Shown: positions 1-11,338 of the stretch, one piece after another
Numbering within the stretch: position 1 is the first letter of the stretch
How the letters are laid out: every line of letters starts with the position of its first letter
Source of the DNA: Diplonema japonicum
Taxonomy: Eukaryota; Protista; Euglenozoa: Diplonemea
DNA: 64,000 nt
Direction: 5' to 3'
Assembly (NCBI GenBank): GCA_964019335.1
Contig: OZ025727.1
Coordinates: 62,001-126,000 of the forward strand
The notes under the pieces: generated by a model
Seen by the model: the letters and a program-made list of their open reading frames with translations, nothing else
Database searches by the model: none
Told to the model about the DNA's origin: nothing
Made by a program: the position numbers and the translations under genes

Positions 1-176
1 TCAACTAAGGGCACATCCGAGAGGCGGATTCAAGAAAGAAAAAACATCATTCCGTCCCTATGCCAACGAAACCCGCAAACCCTGGGTTTCCGGGTTTGCG
101 GGTTTGTAATCACAAATTTAAAAACCCTAGGTTGGAGCAACGTCGGGTCTAAAAACAACAAACGAAAAAAAAAAAG

Positions 177-207
<31 letters not shown>

Positions 208-2046
208 ATGTAGTAGGTAGATTAGGTAGGATGCAACAACGGGGAGGGAACGGGGGGGGAATCGGGCAAGAAACACACACCTTTTCTTATTTTAAAGGAA
301 CCACTATGACTCAGCTTCAGTCTTCCGCCAGCATACAGTACTCCTCTAGAAGACAATAAAATATCATAAAACTCTGTTTTCAAAGATAACTCTCAAGTTG
401 AATAATTTTTACTTAGGGCGTCCTGCACATAGGTATGCAGCTCTGTTCAGAGCACTAGAAAAGGAAGAAAAACAAAAAGAAAAATTTATAAAAAGAAGAA
501 GAAGAAGAAGAAGAAGAAGAAGAAGCAAACAAAATACCATAATATAAAGCCCCCTCGGATTTCAAAAGTATTTTTTTTTTTTTTCCTTCTTCTTCTTTAA
601 ATCTCACAGTAGATTCTTGGTTTGTTGGTTATAAATAGCTATTTTTTTTTCTCATTTTTTTTTTTTTCTTTTTTCAATAATAATTTCCTGACCTTAATAA
701 CTTAAAAGTACGGTCACAAGGAAAAGAAGGAGATAGGAGGGGAAAAAAAAAAAAAAAAGAAAAAAAAAGGATTTGATTCCCTTTTTTTTTTTTCTTCTTC
801 TTTTTTTTTTTTTTTTTCCCCTCTTCAAAATCAAAATTACATTTGGAATGGTTTTCAAAAAAAAAAAAAAGAATCCTCTAGTCAGACTATTTGTTGCATC
901 CCCTCTGGATCTCACAAGAAAAAAAAAAAAAAAAAAAAAAAGTCCCTCCAGTACCAATAAGATTATGTATAAGTCTTTAGAATAAGAAAGCGGTCCTACT
1001 TGGTCCGGCTTGACAATTCCACCGACACAAAAGAAACTGGCACCTTTTTTATTCTATAGTAATAATAATAATAAACAATAATAAAAACTAGACATTCCAA
1101 AAAGATTCGCGGTTTTTCTCAAGAAAAAAAAAAAGTATTTATATTTCCTAAGCAAGAAAAAAAGGAGGAAAAAAAATATCATAATTGATTCTGCTCAGTA
1201 TAAAAAAATAAAAAAAAAAAAAAAAAATAAAATAATAATAATAATAATAAACCACTATAAAAACTAGGCGCTCACTGACCTACCAGATTCGTACTTTGTT
1301 TTGTTCAGTATTAACGTGTGCGGTTAACTAATGCACTGTTTAAATTATGTGCCTTTCCCCCCCCCCCCCCCCCCCCGGATTCTGGACCCGACTTGGGACT
1401 TTTACGGAACAATTTGTTTCCCGATTTCTTTTGGAAGAAGAAGAGGTGGACCGAGGCAGAGAAGGAAGGAGCTAGCCGGAACGCGGAAATGGAGCAGAAG
1501 CACCCAACAAGACCGCCTCGAAGCCGGTTGTTGACCGGGTCTGCGGGGTCCAGTGCACGGAATTAAGATTTTTTTTTTTGTCTGCTTTTTTTAAATGTCC
1601 AAGTTGACTTTTTAACGTAACATAATAAGTACGAATCCAGTAATAAGAAAGCTATTTTTTTTTCTTCTTCTTTTTCCATTTTGTCAGAGTCTGCAGCACA
1701 TAACGTACGTTCAAGAAGGTGGGAGGAGGAGGAAAAAAAAAGGGGGGGGGGAACAAGCAGGGCAGCTTTGCTTGCAAGTATCTGGTAGCTGAAATGACAT
1801 TGCAAGTGGGAATAAGTAGGAAACCAAAAGTTCTTGGACCCCCCCTTTTTTTTTACCCAGGCAAAAACTTAAAAACAAAAGAAAAAAAAATCGCACGAGA
1901 GTAAAAACAAAAAAAAATTAGGAATGTCTTTTTTTTTTTTTTTTCGCTCGGCACAAAGTTTGGGGGGGGGGGGGGGGGAGAAGTGCATTCGCCGCAGTGG
2001 GCCTGCAGTACCTAAATGATGTCTCCTGCTGCCCACGGGTTTAAGA

Positions 2047-2084
<38 letters not shown>

Positions 2085-2166
2085 GCGGTTGTAAGTCTGT
2101 GCTCTACAACCTTAATGTTACTCCTACTTAAGGGGAGGAGAGGAGGAAGGGGGTGAGACAATGTTC

Positions 2167-2201
<35 letters not shown>

Positions 2202-2731
2202 ACGGCACTTTATTTACTAGCCAAAAGACCAGAAATTAAAACTTCAAGTGGGGCATTCTCTTTTTTTTTTTCTTCTTCTTTTCTTTTCCTTGAGGCAGGA
2301 TCCAAGTCCATCCAAATCAGTATTTTAAATAACAGCAAATAGCTATTTTTATTGCTGGGAAAAAAAAGGGGGGGGTGAACACAGAGTGATTTTTTTTTGC
2401 ATTAGTTTTTTTTTGCTGAACTGAAAGGCTTTTTTTTTTTTTTTTCTTTTGGAAAACAATGAAAACAATAAAAAGAATAAAAAGAAAACAAAGAGAGCCC
2501 AAAAGGAGGAGTGTTCTTTTTCTTTTTTCTTTCTTTTTTTTTTGTGTTTCTTTTTTCTTTATTTCTCTTTTTTTTTTCCGTGACTAAATAATGGAAATCT
2601 GTGAAGAGGGGAGGGTGGCAAAAAAAAGGGGGGGGTAGAAGAAATAGTGGGCTTTATCAAAATATCAAAAAAAAATAATAATAAATAACTATATGTCCTT
2701 GTTGTCTGCATTTAAAAAGCTGCGAAAGTCT

Positions 2732-2763
<32 letters not shown>

Positions 2764-2974
2764 TTTGCTCGGTTCAGGTTATATAGTAAAATAAAATCAT
2801 TTTTGAAAGATAAATATTTGCTACATATAAATAAAAACAAAAAAAAAAAAAAACAAAAAAAAAAAACACCTTCTTCCTTAGATGTTAATTCCATCATAAA
2901 TAACTATTAAAAAAGAAAATAAACTATTCTTTTTAAGGCATGCGTTTTTGCGCTCCGGCCGCGCTGAATAAAAA

Positions 2975-3173
2975 TATAAGAGTTAAAGGAGGCCGGTGTT
3001 GGCGGCGCCCTGCACAAGAACTGTCTCGCACCGTGTCCTTAATGCGTGCGGTGTACAGCTCAACCAAGATTCTGCGCTCGTGCAGTTTACTGCCTGTTAC
3101 ACTCGGGCGCTACCGGTGATGACCGACGAGGAGGTCAACAGCGAACAACACATCTGATGTTTTTTTTCTTATA
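2975..3173 (-). mobile_element. Internally deleted copy of the HDV-ribozyme-headed short interspersed element
   Basis: The reverse complement matches 43262-43560 in blocks (CATCAGATGTGTTGTTCGCTGTTGACCTCCTCGTCGGTCATCACCGGTAGCGCCCGAGTG ... GGCCTCCTTTAACTC). It lacks the 5' strand of P1 and J4/2. Confidence 0.85.
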
Positions 3174-4218
3174 CAAGAAAATAAACAGGGAACGAAAGGA
3201 GAAAAAAGAAAAACGATCGTAATTTTACTACAGATCATTTTGCCCTGATTTTATTTTGCTTTTTTGCAGCATGCTAGCTGTTGTCCCAGGATAAGCGCTA
3301 GTGACTAGAAATGAAATGAAGAAAAAAAAGGGGGGGGGGAGCACGAAAATAATTACTGAAGCAAAGAAAAATGAAGGGGAGGGGAAGAAACTAAAATTAT
3401 ATATATATTTTTTTTTTTCTTACAGCTTAAGCTCTTTGGTTGCTTCTCAAATATATTTCAATATTTCTTTTTTTTTTCATGGTTTCTTTTTTTTCTTCTT
3501 CCCCCCCCCCCCCCACTAGGTTTTGCCCCAGAAAAAACTCGCTAAAACCTCAGTGCGGTATTCACTGTTCGACAAAAAAAAAAAGATTTTTAATTTTTAT
3601 AAGAGATAAAGGAGGCCTGTTGGCGCCCTAGAATAATATAAAAAATAGAAGAATTAAGTGAAAACAATGCACCAGATTTTGGTTTTTTAGAAATGATTTT
3701 TTTTTTCTCTTTTTTTTTTCTCTTTCTGTTTTGCGGGCAAAGGCTCAAAAAATATATATTTGCGAGAATTAAAAAAAAAAAAAAAAAACGAGATTGAGGT
3801 GGTTTCTTCTTTCTCTTGTCTTTTGTTTTGAACTCAACTAATAAAATCTCTACCGACTTTGGAAGTGCTTTGCTACCGTTTCTTACCAACAAGGAAGTCT
3901 TCCAGTCCTACTTAGGCTTCTGGGAAACTAGGTGTAGTGCCCTCAGGCCTGAGAAAGGTAAGGCCTCCAAAAGGTGACCCCACACAGCCTTGCAAAACGA
4001 GACCAGGCTTCACGGGGGGTTGATAGCACACTTCCAAGATCCGGGGGGGAAAAAAAAAAAAAAGAGATATTTAAGGGTACCTGCGGTATGTGGCAGGACA
4101 CCTGCTTTAAAAAAAAAAAAAAAAACTATTCTTTTAGGGTATGCGTTTTTACGCTCACCGGCCGAGCTGCGCTTAGTCCCTGTTGTAAAAAAAAAAGAAA
4201 AGAAATGGCACTCAAGAC

Positions 4219-7164
4219 CTAAAAGTGGTCCAAAAGAAGGGGGTGTATCCCATAGTACTCGTCGCCCTGTGTCCTCTCATGAGCAGTGTCAACAAGATTC
4301 CTGAGGAGGTCATGAGAGTGTCCCTTGAGCTCAACTTTGTTGAGCTGAGCGCGTGCGTTGGCTACCTCATCACGAAGGAAGAACCTCCAAGCCTCGTTGA
4401 GGTCCCTGTGAGGGTCTCTGGACTCGCTAGAGGCAAGTGAGTACATCCATTCCTGTTCGTCTTGCTGTTTCTCGCCAATGAGCTCCCAGAGCTCAAGAGG
4501 CAGCTGGGACTTACCGTTGAAGAGTCTGTCTTGGAACAACAGGAACCACTTCTCCGTGAACGAGGAAGCAATGCTTGCCCCCACCAAGACAGTCGTTTTG
4601 TACTTCTGGTTCAGCATCATGAGCACAAAGGCCTCGTTGTAGCACGGCCCCAACAGAGAGAACTTCCTCATACCATCCACACCGATGTTCCCAGCAAGTA
4701 CTGAAGACGATGAGATGCCTACACAGACCTCAAGGCTGTTTTCAAACTTCGCAGCTGCCCTTGTCAGGGCAAGCCCTGCCTTGCACCCGGCCTCCTTGTG
4801 CGCGGCCCAGTTCTTCGAAGAGTTCCACGAGACCACGACCCTGTCGCCGCAGAACGGTTCCGCCACACCCTTGTCCCCAATGATGCTCAACACCTTCTTG
4901 ATATAGCTGGAATGGATGGTCTCGACCTCCGTGTATGACTTCGCCTGCAGGACCTTTCTGAATCCAACGACATTGACGACGAGAACTGTGACGTGTTTTT
5001 TCTTCAAACCCGTCATCAGCAGGAATTGCTTCTCAGACTTATGTGTGTTCGATGTGGCGACCGACGAGCTGTCCCCGTCGTGCCTCACACGTGCCACGCC
5101 GCCGTTCGCATGGAAGAGGATGGATGAGGCCGTCTCCGTCTCGCAGTCCTTGTCCGTGTCGTGCGACTCCAGAACAGACTGCGGCATGTAGTCCCTGTAC
5201 GACTTCAGCGTCTTGATGATGGTGATGAAGGACGTCTGGATGGATGTCGGCTTCTCGAGGGTGAACAAGTAGTCGAGCTCCTCAAGCTTCATGCCCGCCA
5301 CTGCGGTGGCGCAGTCCTCTGCGATCTTATTCGTGTTGAAGAGGTTCTTGATCTTGCGCTGCTTGCTGGTCAGCAGCCAGTACGTCACCAAGGCACCCAG
5401 GACCAGCACGCCCACAGGGATCCCGATCACAATGCCGAGATTGACGGAATCGGAGCCTGGCAGGTTGACGCATGGGTCGGTCCCGGGGACGGGGTGGTGC
5501 TGTCCTGCAGGACACTCCTCACAGTCCTCCCATTCAAGCAAATACCTCTGCGTGTCTGAGCAGTCAGCAGGGAACAGACGGATGAGGTTCAGGGATGCCA
5601 GAGAAGCAGTCGGGGTTGCAGGGAGCAGCTTGAGCCTCTTCTCGTTGACAGGGGTGTAAGGGTCGTGCACCTGCAGGTGGTCCGTGGTCTGCGTGTGCAC
5701 GTTTTCAGGGAACTTCTGCAGCGTGCCCTCGATCCAGGCGGGTGGGTAGCCATCGCCGGCATCGTCGCACAGGTACGACGTGGAGGTCACAGTGTAGTGC
5801 TTCCTCCTGGTGATGTCTTCCCACACCCCTGTCGCCTTGTTGAGGAACCTGATGCTGGTGACACGGCTGCCCTCAGGACGCGAGGCGTCGTAGTCCACTT
5901 GAACGTTACTTGACGTCTGGGGGTAGGCTCCCTTCTTGCTCTGCGCTGTGTCAACTTCACCTGTCGAGGTGACGAAGCCAAGACCGTGTTCGAAGAGCGT
6001 CCAGATGCCTGTCGCGTTGGCTTTGTACTGGCAGATCGTGTTTGAGAAGGGGAACAGGTCGGTCACGTCTTGCAAGGTGATGTCGCGGGGAGCTTTCCAG
6101 CCCGCCGGCAACCCGAGATCGTAGTCGATTGCCGAGAAGATACCGCCTCCGTTCAAGATCACGAGGTCTGTGCTGGGGAACTTCTCAACCAGCGCGGCTG
6201 TGATGAGGTTCCCTGCTTCGCATTCGCCTTCCATGCACCTGTACTGAGTGTGCACGAGGTCCTTGTCGATGGAGCCGACACGTTTGTTGTTCGCCTCGTA
6301 CAAGTCTTGCTGTTGTTTGTACCACGCAGCGTCTGCCATGTACTGGCTGTTGTTGAAGGGAACGGTGTAATCGACGAGGGATGTCTCGAATGTCCACGCA
6401 CCGCCAACCTTCTCCATGTCGATCTGCGTGAAATACTTGCTGCGGGTGTTAGTGTTGGGCAGCCTCTTCGGCAGCATCCATGTCCCATTGACAAGGACAT
6501 CAGAAGTGTAGTCAGTGTTCCCATCGGGGAGAAGCAGGGCGTCCATTTGGTACTTCGAGAAGTCAGACATCTCAAGTACACGGTCTGTGAAGAAGGACTG
6601 GCTGAATAGGCAGATTCCAATGACAACATCAACCTTTTCGTCGGTGCGCAGCCGTGTGGCGATGGGGGGCACGGCAATGTCGAAGTTAACCGTGGCTACC
6701 TTGTTGTTGTCACCCCAAATAGGGATGTAGCCAATGGTGACGCCGCCCGTCTTCACTATGTGATACCGGTTGATGAAGTACGCAAAGAAGTAAGAGTCCA
6801 CATCGAGGTTAGCTGCGACCACGGGGACAGTGTCGGTGATGAAGCTTGTGATGTTGGAAACGTGGAGTTTGTTCGATAGCAGGGAAGGGTCCACTACCCC
6901 GAAGCTTACTCCCATCCTCGCCCACGCCTCTGTGTTGATGCCCCAATAGGCAGGGTGGTACGTTGCAAACAGTGTTGACCACTCAGCATTGACGATTTTC
7001 ACCACTCCGTCCGCTCCCGTCTCCTTCTCCCTGAACCAACTCGCCAAGGAAGGGTAGTCGACGAACGTCTCCGAAGTGGTCGAGGCAAGCGTCCTGATCG
7101 GCAGCCCTTCGCTCCCAACCGCGAGACCCAGCACCGTTACTGCGAGCAATCCTGCAAACTTCAT
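4219..7164 (-). CDS. Receptor-type protein: signal peptide, degenerate 5'-nucleotidase ectodomain, Cys-rich linker, TM helix, degenerate class III nucleotide cyclase domain
   Basis: 981-aa ORF. 5'-nucleotidase C-terminal motifs ECEAGNLITAA, DLVILNGGGI, DLFPFSN, YPQTS and YD..RPEGSRV. TM segment GIVIGIPVGVLVLGALVTYWLL. Cyclase-like motifs VLVVNVVGF, FCGDRV, VGISSSSVLAGNIG. Confidence 0.85.
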   Translation of the reverse strand: MKFAGLLAVTVLGLAVGSEGLPIRTLASTTSETFVDYPSLASWFREKETGADGVVKIVNAEWSTLFATYHPAYWGINTEAWARMGVSFGVVDPSLLSNKLHVSNITSFITDTVPVVAANLDVDSYFFAYFINRYHIVKTGGVTIGYIPIWGDNNKVATVNFDIAVPPIATRLRTDEKVDVVIGICLFSQSFFTDRVLEMSDFSKYQMDALLLPDGNTDYTSDVLVNGTWMLPKRLPNTNTRSKYFTQIDMEKVGGAWTFETSLVDYTVPFNNSQYMADAAWYKQQQDLYEANNKRVGSIDKDLVHTQYRCMEGECEAGNLITAALVEKFPSTDLVILNGGGIFSAIDYDLGLPAGWKAPRDITLQDVTDLFPFSNTICQYKANATGIWTLFEHGLGFVTSTGEVDTAQSKKGAYPQTSSNVQVDYDASRPEGSRVTSIRFLNKATGVWEDITRRKHYTVTSTSYLCDDAGDGYPPAWIEGTLQKFPENVHTQTTDHLQVHDPYTPVNEKRLKLLPATPTASLASLNLIRLFPADCSDTQRYLLEWEDCEECPAGQHHPVPGTDPCVNLPGSDSVNLGIVIGIPVGVLVLGALVTYWLLTSKQRKIKNLFNTNKIAEDCATAVAGMKLEELDYLFTLEKPTSIQTSFITIIKTLKSYRDYMPQSVLESHDTDKDCETETASSILFHANGGVARVRHDGDSSSVATSNTHKSEKQFLLMTGLKKKHVTVLVVNVVGFRKVLQAKSYTEVETIHSSYIKKVLSIIGDKGVAEPFCGDRVVVSWNSSKNWAAHKEAGCKAGLALTRAAAKFENSLEVCVGISSSSVLAGNIGVDGMRKFSLLGPCYNEAFVLMMLNQKYKTTVLVGASIASSFTEKWFLLFQDRLFNGKSQLPLELWELIGEKQQDEQEWMYSLASSESRDPHRDLNEAWRFFLRDEVANARAQLNKVELKGHSHDLLRNLVDTAHERTQGDEYYGIHPLLLDHF

Positions 7165-7278
7165 ATGTGAAATAGGGGGGTGACAAAAAAAAAAAAAGCA
7201 AGTAAAAGAAAATGGGGTGGGGTGTATTTTTATTTTGCCTGTTTTTTTTTTTTTTTTTTTTTTATTTCACTCTTCAGA

Positions 7279-7910
7279 AATTACTTCACGCACTGGGGGG
7301 CCCATTACTTCACGCTAAATCTCATTACTTCACGGTGAAATAATGGCCTGTTTTCCGTGAAGTAATAGGGGGTTTCCATTAAATAATATGCCTCGGTAGG
7401 CCAATTTTTGCCTCGGTTCGGTTCCCAGTGGGGCTACTTTTTCCTCTCAGTTTGCTATTTCCCCCCAGGTTCAGCTCAATTGGCCAACTTTTGCCTCGGC
7501 TCAGTTCCAAGTTGGACTACTTTTTCCTCCCAATTTGCCCACTTTTGGCTAGGCCTTGTTCCCAGTTTCTGTGGGTAACTCTTCTGTGGGTAAGGGTAAC
7601 TTAGTCAGCTTACCCAAGCACCCCAAAAGACTTCAAAATACCGAAGCAGCAGAAAAAAAGGAGCCAGCGGCCGCGCCAGGTATGACAGTGGCAATGCCAG
7701 CGACAGCGGCAGCTCTTAGTCAACAAAAGGAGGAAAAACAACTTGTATTGTAACCTTTGTAACCCCTCTCTTGTTGTACCCCTTGTCACCCTGTTGTGCC
7801 CCTCGTGGTGATGTAATTTCAGAGTGTCGTGAAATAAAACCACTTACCTACCGCCAAGTAATGCTTTACCGACCTCTCGGTAAAGTCATTACTTGTTGGC
7901 AGTAAATAGC
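7279..7910. repeat. Repeat/palindrome-rich transposon-end-like relic
   Basis: ATTACTTCACG occurs three times plus an inverted CGTGAAGTAAT (7280-7370). There is a duplicated unit at about 7390-7530 and a hairpin CAAGTAATG-CTTTACCGA/TCGGTAAAG-CATTACTTG at about 7855-7895. Confidence 0.5.
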
Positions 7911-8786
7911 CATTTTTTTTTTACGGTACGGATTTGGGTTTCGATAAAGCTACAGTGTGCAGGGAGTGTTGCCACTGTTCAAAAGAGCTGTTCGTCGCAG
8001 TAAGACGAGCGTCTCATATCACAGCCCCATAGGTCGCAGCCTTTTGCTGCATGACACCTTTGGTCTTCTTCCGTGAGAAAGTCTTGGCCGCCAACGGGCC
8101 TGGCTCAGATATCTTACAAGACACAGATACACTTTTTGCAGCCGCACTTGACATCTCCCAGGTCCCCTCCGTCCCGCTTCCGTCGCTGGGTGGTTTCACA
8201 GCACCTCTGAAACTACCTCGTGGACAAAAAAGAAAAATAGCATTCAGTTTGTAGTGAGATTTTATGCAGGAGAAGGGAAAAAAAAAAGAGAAAAGTAGAA
8301 TAAGATCTGTTGGTAAAGAGATGGGGGGGGGGGGGGAGAAAAAGAAGATGTAGATCTCTTAATTATTTCCCTTTCAAGAAAAAAAAAAAAAAAAAAAAAA
8401 GGTTCTAAAAACGAATCTTGTTCGACCTTCGTTGCAGTAGAGGTCCGCACACGTTGTCAGAGTCTTTTGTTTAGACAAGTCAAAGACTGCGGTGCCGGAA
8501 GAAAAAAGGACCGCCCAAAGACACAATTCTTCCCGGGACAAATTAAGAGCTTCACAGAATACCAGTTTTCGGAGGTAACAGAAACTGCTCGCAGATGTTT
8601 GTCATCGATTATTTCTTATAAAACGGGAAAACTAGAAGAACAACAGAAGAAAATGGGGGAGAAATTCGGCGTATTTTTGTTTTGTTTGCGGGTTTGCGGG
8701 TTTGCTACCAGCAACATTAAAAAAAAAAAAAAAAAAAAAAGGCGGGGAAAGGGGACCTCCCTCCCCTCCTCCCCCTCTCCACATTG

Positions 8787-8826
<40 letters not shown>

Positions 8827-8844
8827 AACCTCCCTCATCCTTGT

Positions 8845-8884
<40 letters not shown>

Positions 8885-8956
8885 CGAAGCGAAAAAAGGG
8901 GGAGGGAAAAAAATTAGGGAAAACAAAAACAAACCCCCCCTCCCAACCCCGCCCTT

Positions 8957-9616
8957 TTATTCGGTAATATAAGCCCTCACAATTTGATTAATTCTGGGCA
9001 CTTTGCTCTTCAGCCAAGTATTACCTCGTGTCGCGTACATATACTGGTCAACTCCACCACTTTTACCAGGGGTGGGGTTGTACGCAGACCGTATGGCATC
9101 CATGCCCTTTATAACCTGCCCGAAAGGGGCGTAGTACTGGGTGTCTAGTTCTTTGTTGTCACGGAGGTTGACGAAGATCTGTGTTGTGCGGCTGTCTGGG
9201 CCTGAGGCCGCGAAGGTTACAGTTGACTCTTCGTTCGATACCTCAATAGGGTCGTCGAGGATGGGAACCGCCCACTTCTCAGTGAGGTCAGGGTCCGCCG
9301 CCAAACCGAACTGCACCACGAAGTCAGGGACGACCCTGAAGAAGCAAGCCTCGTTGTAGAAACCTTCCTTCACCAGCTTGTACAGCTGCTCCGCGCCAAG
9401 CGGGGCGAAGCTCTTCGTCACATTTATAACCACGTCCTGCAGCCTCCCATCAAGCAAAATATCTGTCTCCATCACCACCACATATCTATCGGGTACATAT
9501 ATTGTAGGAACTGGTTCTTGCGTCACCACGTCGCCCATCGCAGTCGCTTCTGCGAGGTTCTGCCCCGCCACCCTCACCGCCATGAGTAAGCATGCCAGAC
9601 CGACCACTCTGCACAT
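8957..9616 (-). CDS. Secreted cyclophilin-type peptidyl-prolyl cis-trans isomerase
   Basis: The ATG at 9616 gives signal peptide MCRVVGLACLLMAVRVAG. Motifs APLGA, GFYNEACFFRVVPDFVVQFG, SGPDSRTTQIFVN and PFGQVIKGM. Confidence 0.9.
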   Translation of the reverse strand: MCRVVGLACLLMAVRVAGQNLAEATAMGDVVTQEPVPTIYVPDRYVVVMETDILLDGRLQDVVINVTKSFAPLGAEQLYKLVKEGFYNEACFFRVVPDFVVQFGLAADPDLTEKWAVPILDDPIEVSNEESTVTFAASGPDSRTTQIFVNLRDNKELDTQYYAPFGQVIKGMDAIRSAYNPTPGKSGGVDQYMYATRGNTWLKSKVPRINQIVRAYITE

Positions 9617-9641
9617 GTTGGCGCTTCTGTGTGTGGTATTT

Positions 9642-9675
<34 letters not shown>

Positions 9676-9758
9676 TTGTTGGGCAGGCATATGAAAGAAA
9701 AAAAAAAAAAAAGAATAGTAAATAAAAAAAATAGATTTTTTTTTTTTTTTTTTTTTCC

Positions 9759-11275
9759 TTATGCAAACAGCGAGCAGAAGCTGCTGTCCAAATTGAGCGA
9801 CCCTGAGAAGGATCCTCTGTTGCCGATCGTGGTGCGGCGTGCCATCTCCTGCCTGAGCACCTCAATAAGATCGTCGCTGTTTTCCAGATCGCGAAAGGAC
9901 TCGCGCGACAAGACGAAGAGCTCCGTCACAGTGATGGCACGCACGTTGGCCGTTCGTTTGGTGTCTGCAAGCAGTGCGATTTCGCCGAACCACGACCCTT
10001 TGAGCAGTGTGGCCAACCACGTCAGGGCACCCGTGACCTTATCAGGCACTGTCACCTCCACACATCCCCGGGAGATGAAGTGCATGTCTTGCCCGTTTTC
10101 TCCCACCTGTATGATGTACTCCCTGGGTTGCACAATGCGTGTCTCGAGGCATGCTACTAGCTTCCTCTTCGTGCTCATGCTCATCTTCTCAAACAGTGCT
10201 ACACTACACACCAGCTTCAGTTTAATGTAAAAGCTCAGCTTTGATTTAATGAACTCCGGAAGCCCTTCAGTCGCATCGCTGTAGTCGGAGCACAGCAAGC
10301 TGGGCAGCAACGAAAAGCACTGCTTCTGAAGCTGCCAAGGTACCTCATTCACAGTCACCAGTGCAGACAGGCTTCTGCGTTTATTATCGGCAGCCATTTC
10401 GTAGGGCCCCTGTTCCACGAAGAACAAAGTGCCGTAGGACGACATGTACACACACATCATCCACCCGAAGACCTGCAGGAACATCGAGTACAAAATGCTG
10501 TGCGTGCTGCTCAAGGTGGTGTCGCCGTAGCCGACACTGGAGACGGTTTGAATGACATAGTAGAAAGCGTTTTGGTACTCCTTGTAGCATACTGCGCCGG
10601 TACTGTCATTGATGAGGGTGGCCAATAAGACGAGCAGGTGTAGTGACACGACAAATGTTACGAGAAATAAGAAGAACACAATGTGCTTGGACTTCGCTTT
10701 GAGCGGGGACACCTCCGCGAAGAAGGTATGCACTCGGATGAATCGGAGCACCGCCAGCGCCAACCTTGTTCACCAACTGCCGCAAGCAGCACAGCGTCGA
10801 AGGGAAACTGCGTCAGGAGGTCGAACACAAACCACGTCTTGTAGTAAAGGACACGTGCATGAGCTGAGGTGGTCCCGCTCCACTTGTCATGCGCGTGCAA
10901 CACGCAGTAGAATATCTCTACGAGCGATACAGCAAAGCTAAGTACCGCCCATGTGTACAGGAAGGGTTTCCGGTCTTCAAGCACGGTGCCGTCGCAGTGC
11001 CAACCTTTACGGGAGACGTGGAACGTTATGTCGAACGTGTCCACCACTAGGATGCAGATCAACACCACCTGCACTACTTGCCGCCACCTTTTGTCGATTT
11101 GAGCCTCTTCCACCACACGTTCCATTATTTCCGAGACCGATCTGCTCATCCTGCTCGTCCGCCGCTTATCAGCCTCCATCAGACGCCGATCATATTCCTC
11201 AAGCTTCTCTAAAATGCGCTGAGAGTTTTCTTTGAGCTGTGAGATCTCATTCTGCACCGCACACCAACGCACCAT
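9759..11275 (-). CDS. Cyclic-nucleotide-binding-domain (KCNH/HCN-like) cation/K+ channel, split by one frameshift near 10765
   Basis: ORF 10658-11275 carries S1-S3 (WFVFDLLTQFPFD). ORF 9759-10763 carries S4 (LRFIRV), the pore (QTVSSVGYGD) and the CNBD (GSWFGEIALL..KRTANVRA). Confidence 0.85.
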
Positions 11276-11338
11276 ATGCTGTGATGTGGGGTTTAAATTT
11301 AAAAAAAAGGGGGGGGACGGGGAGGAAGGGTGAAAACT

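Noticed and set aside
694-3900. Many poly-K/poly-F ORFs
   Set aside because: They are translations of A/T homopolymer intergenic DNA. The same applies elsewhere in the window.
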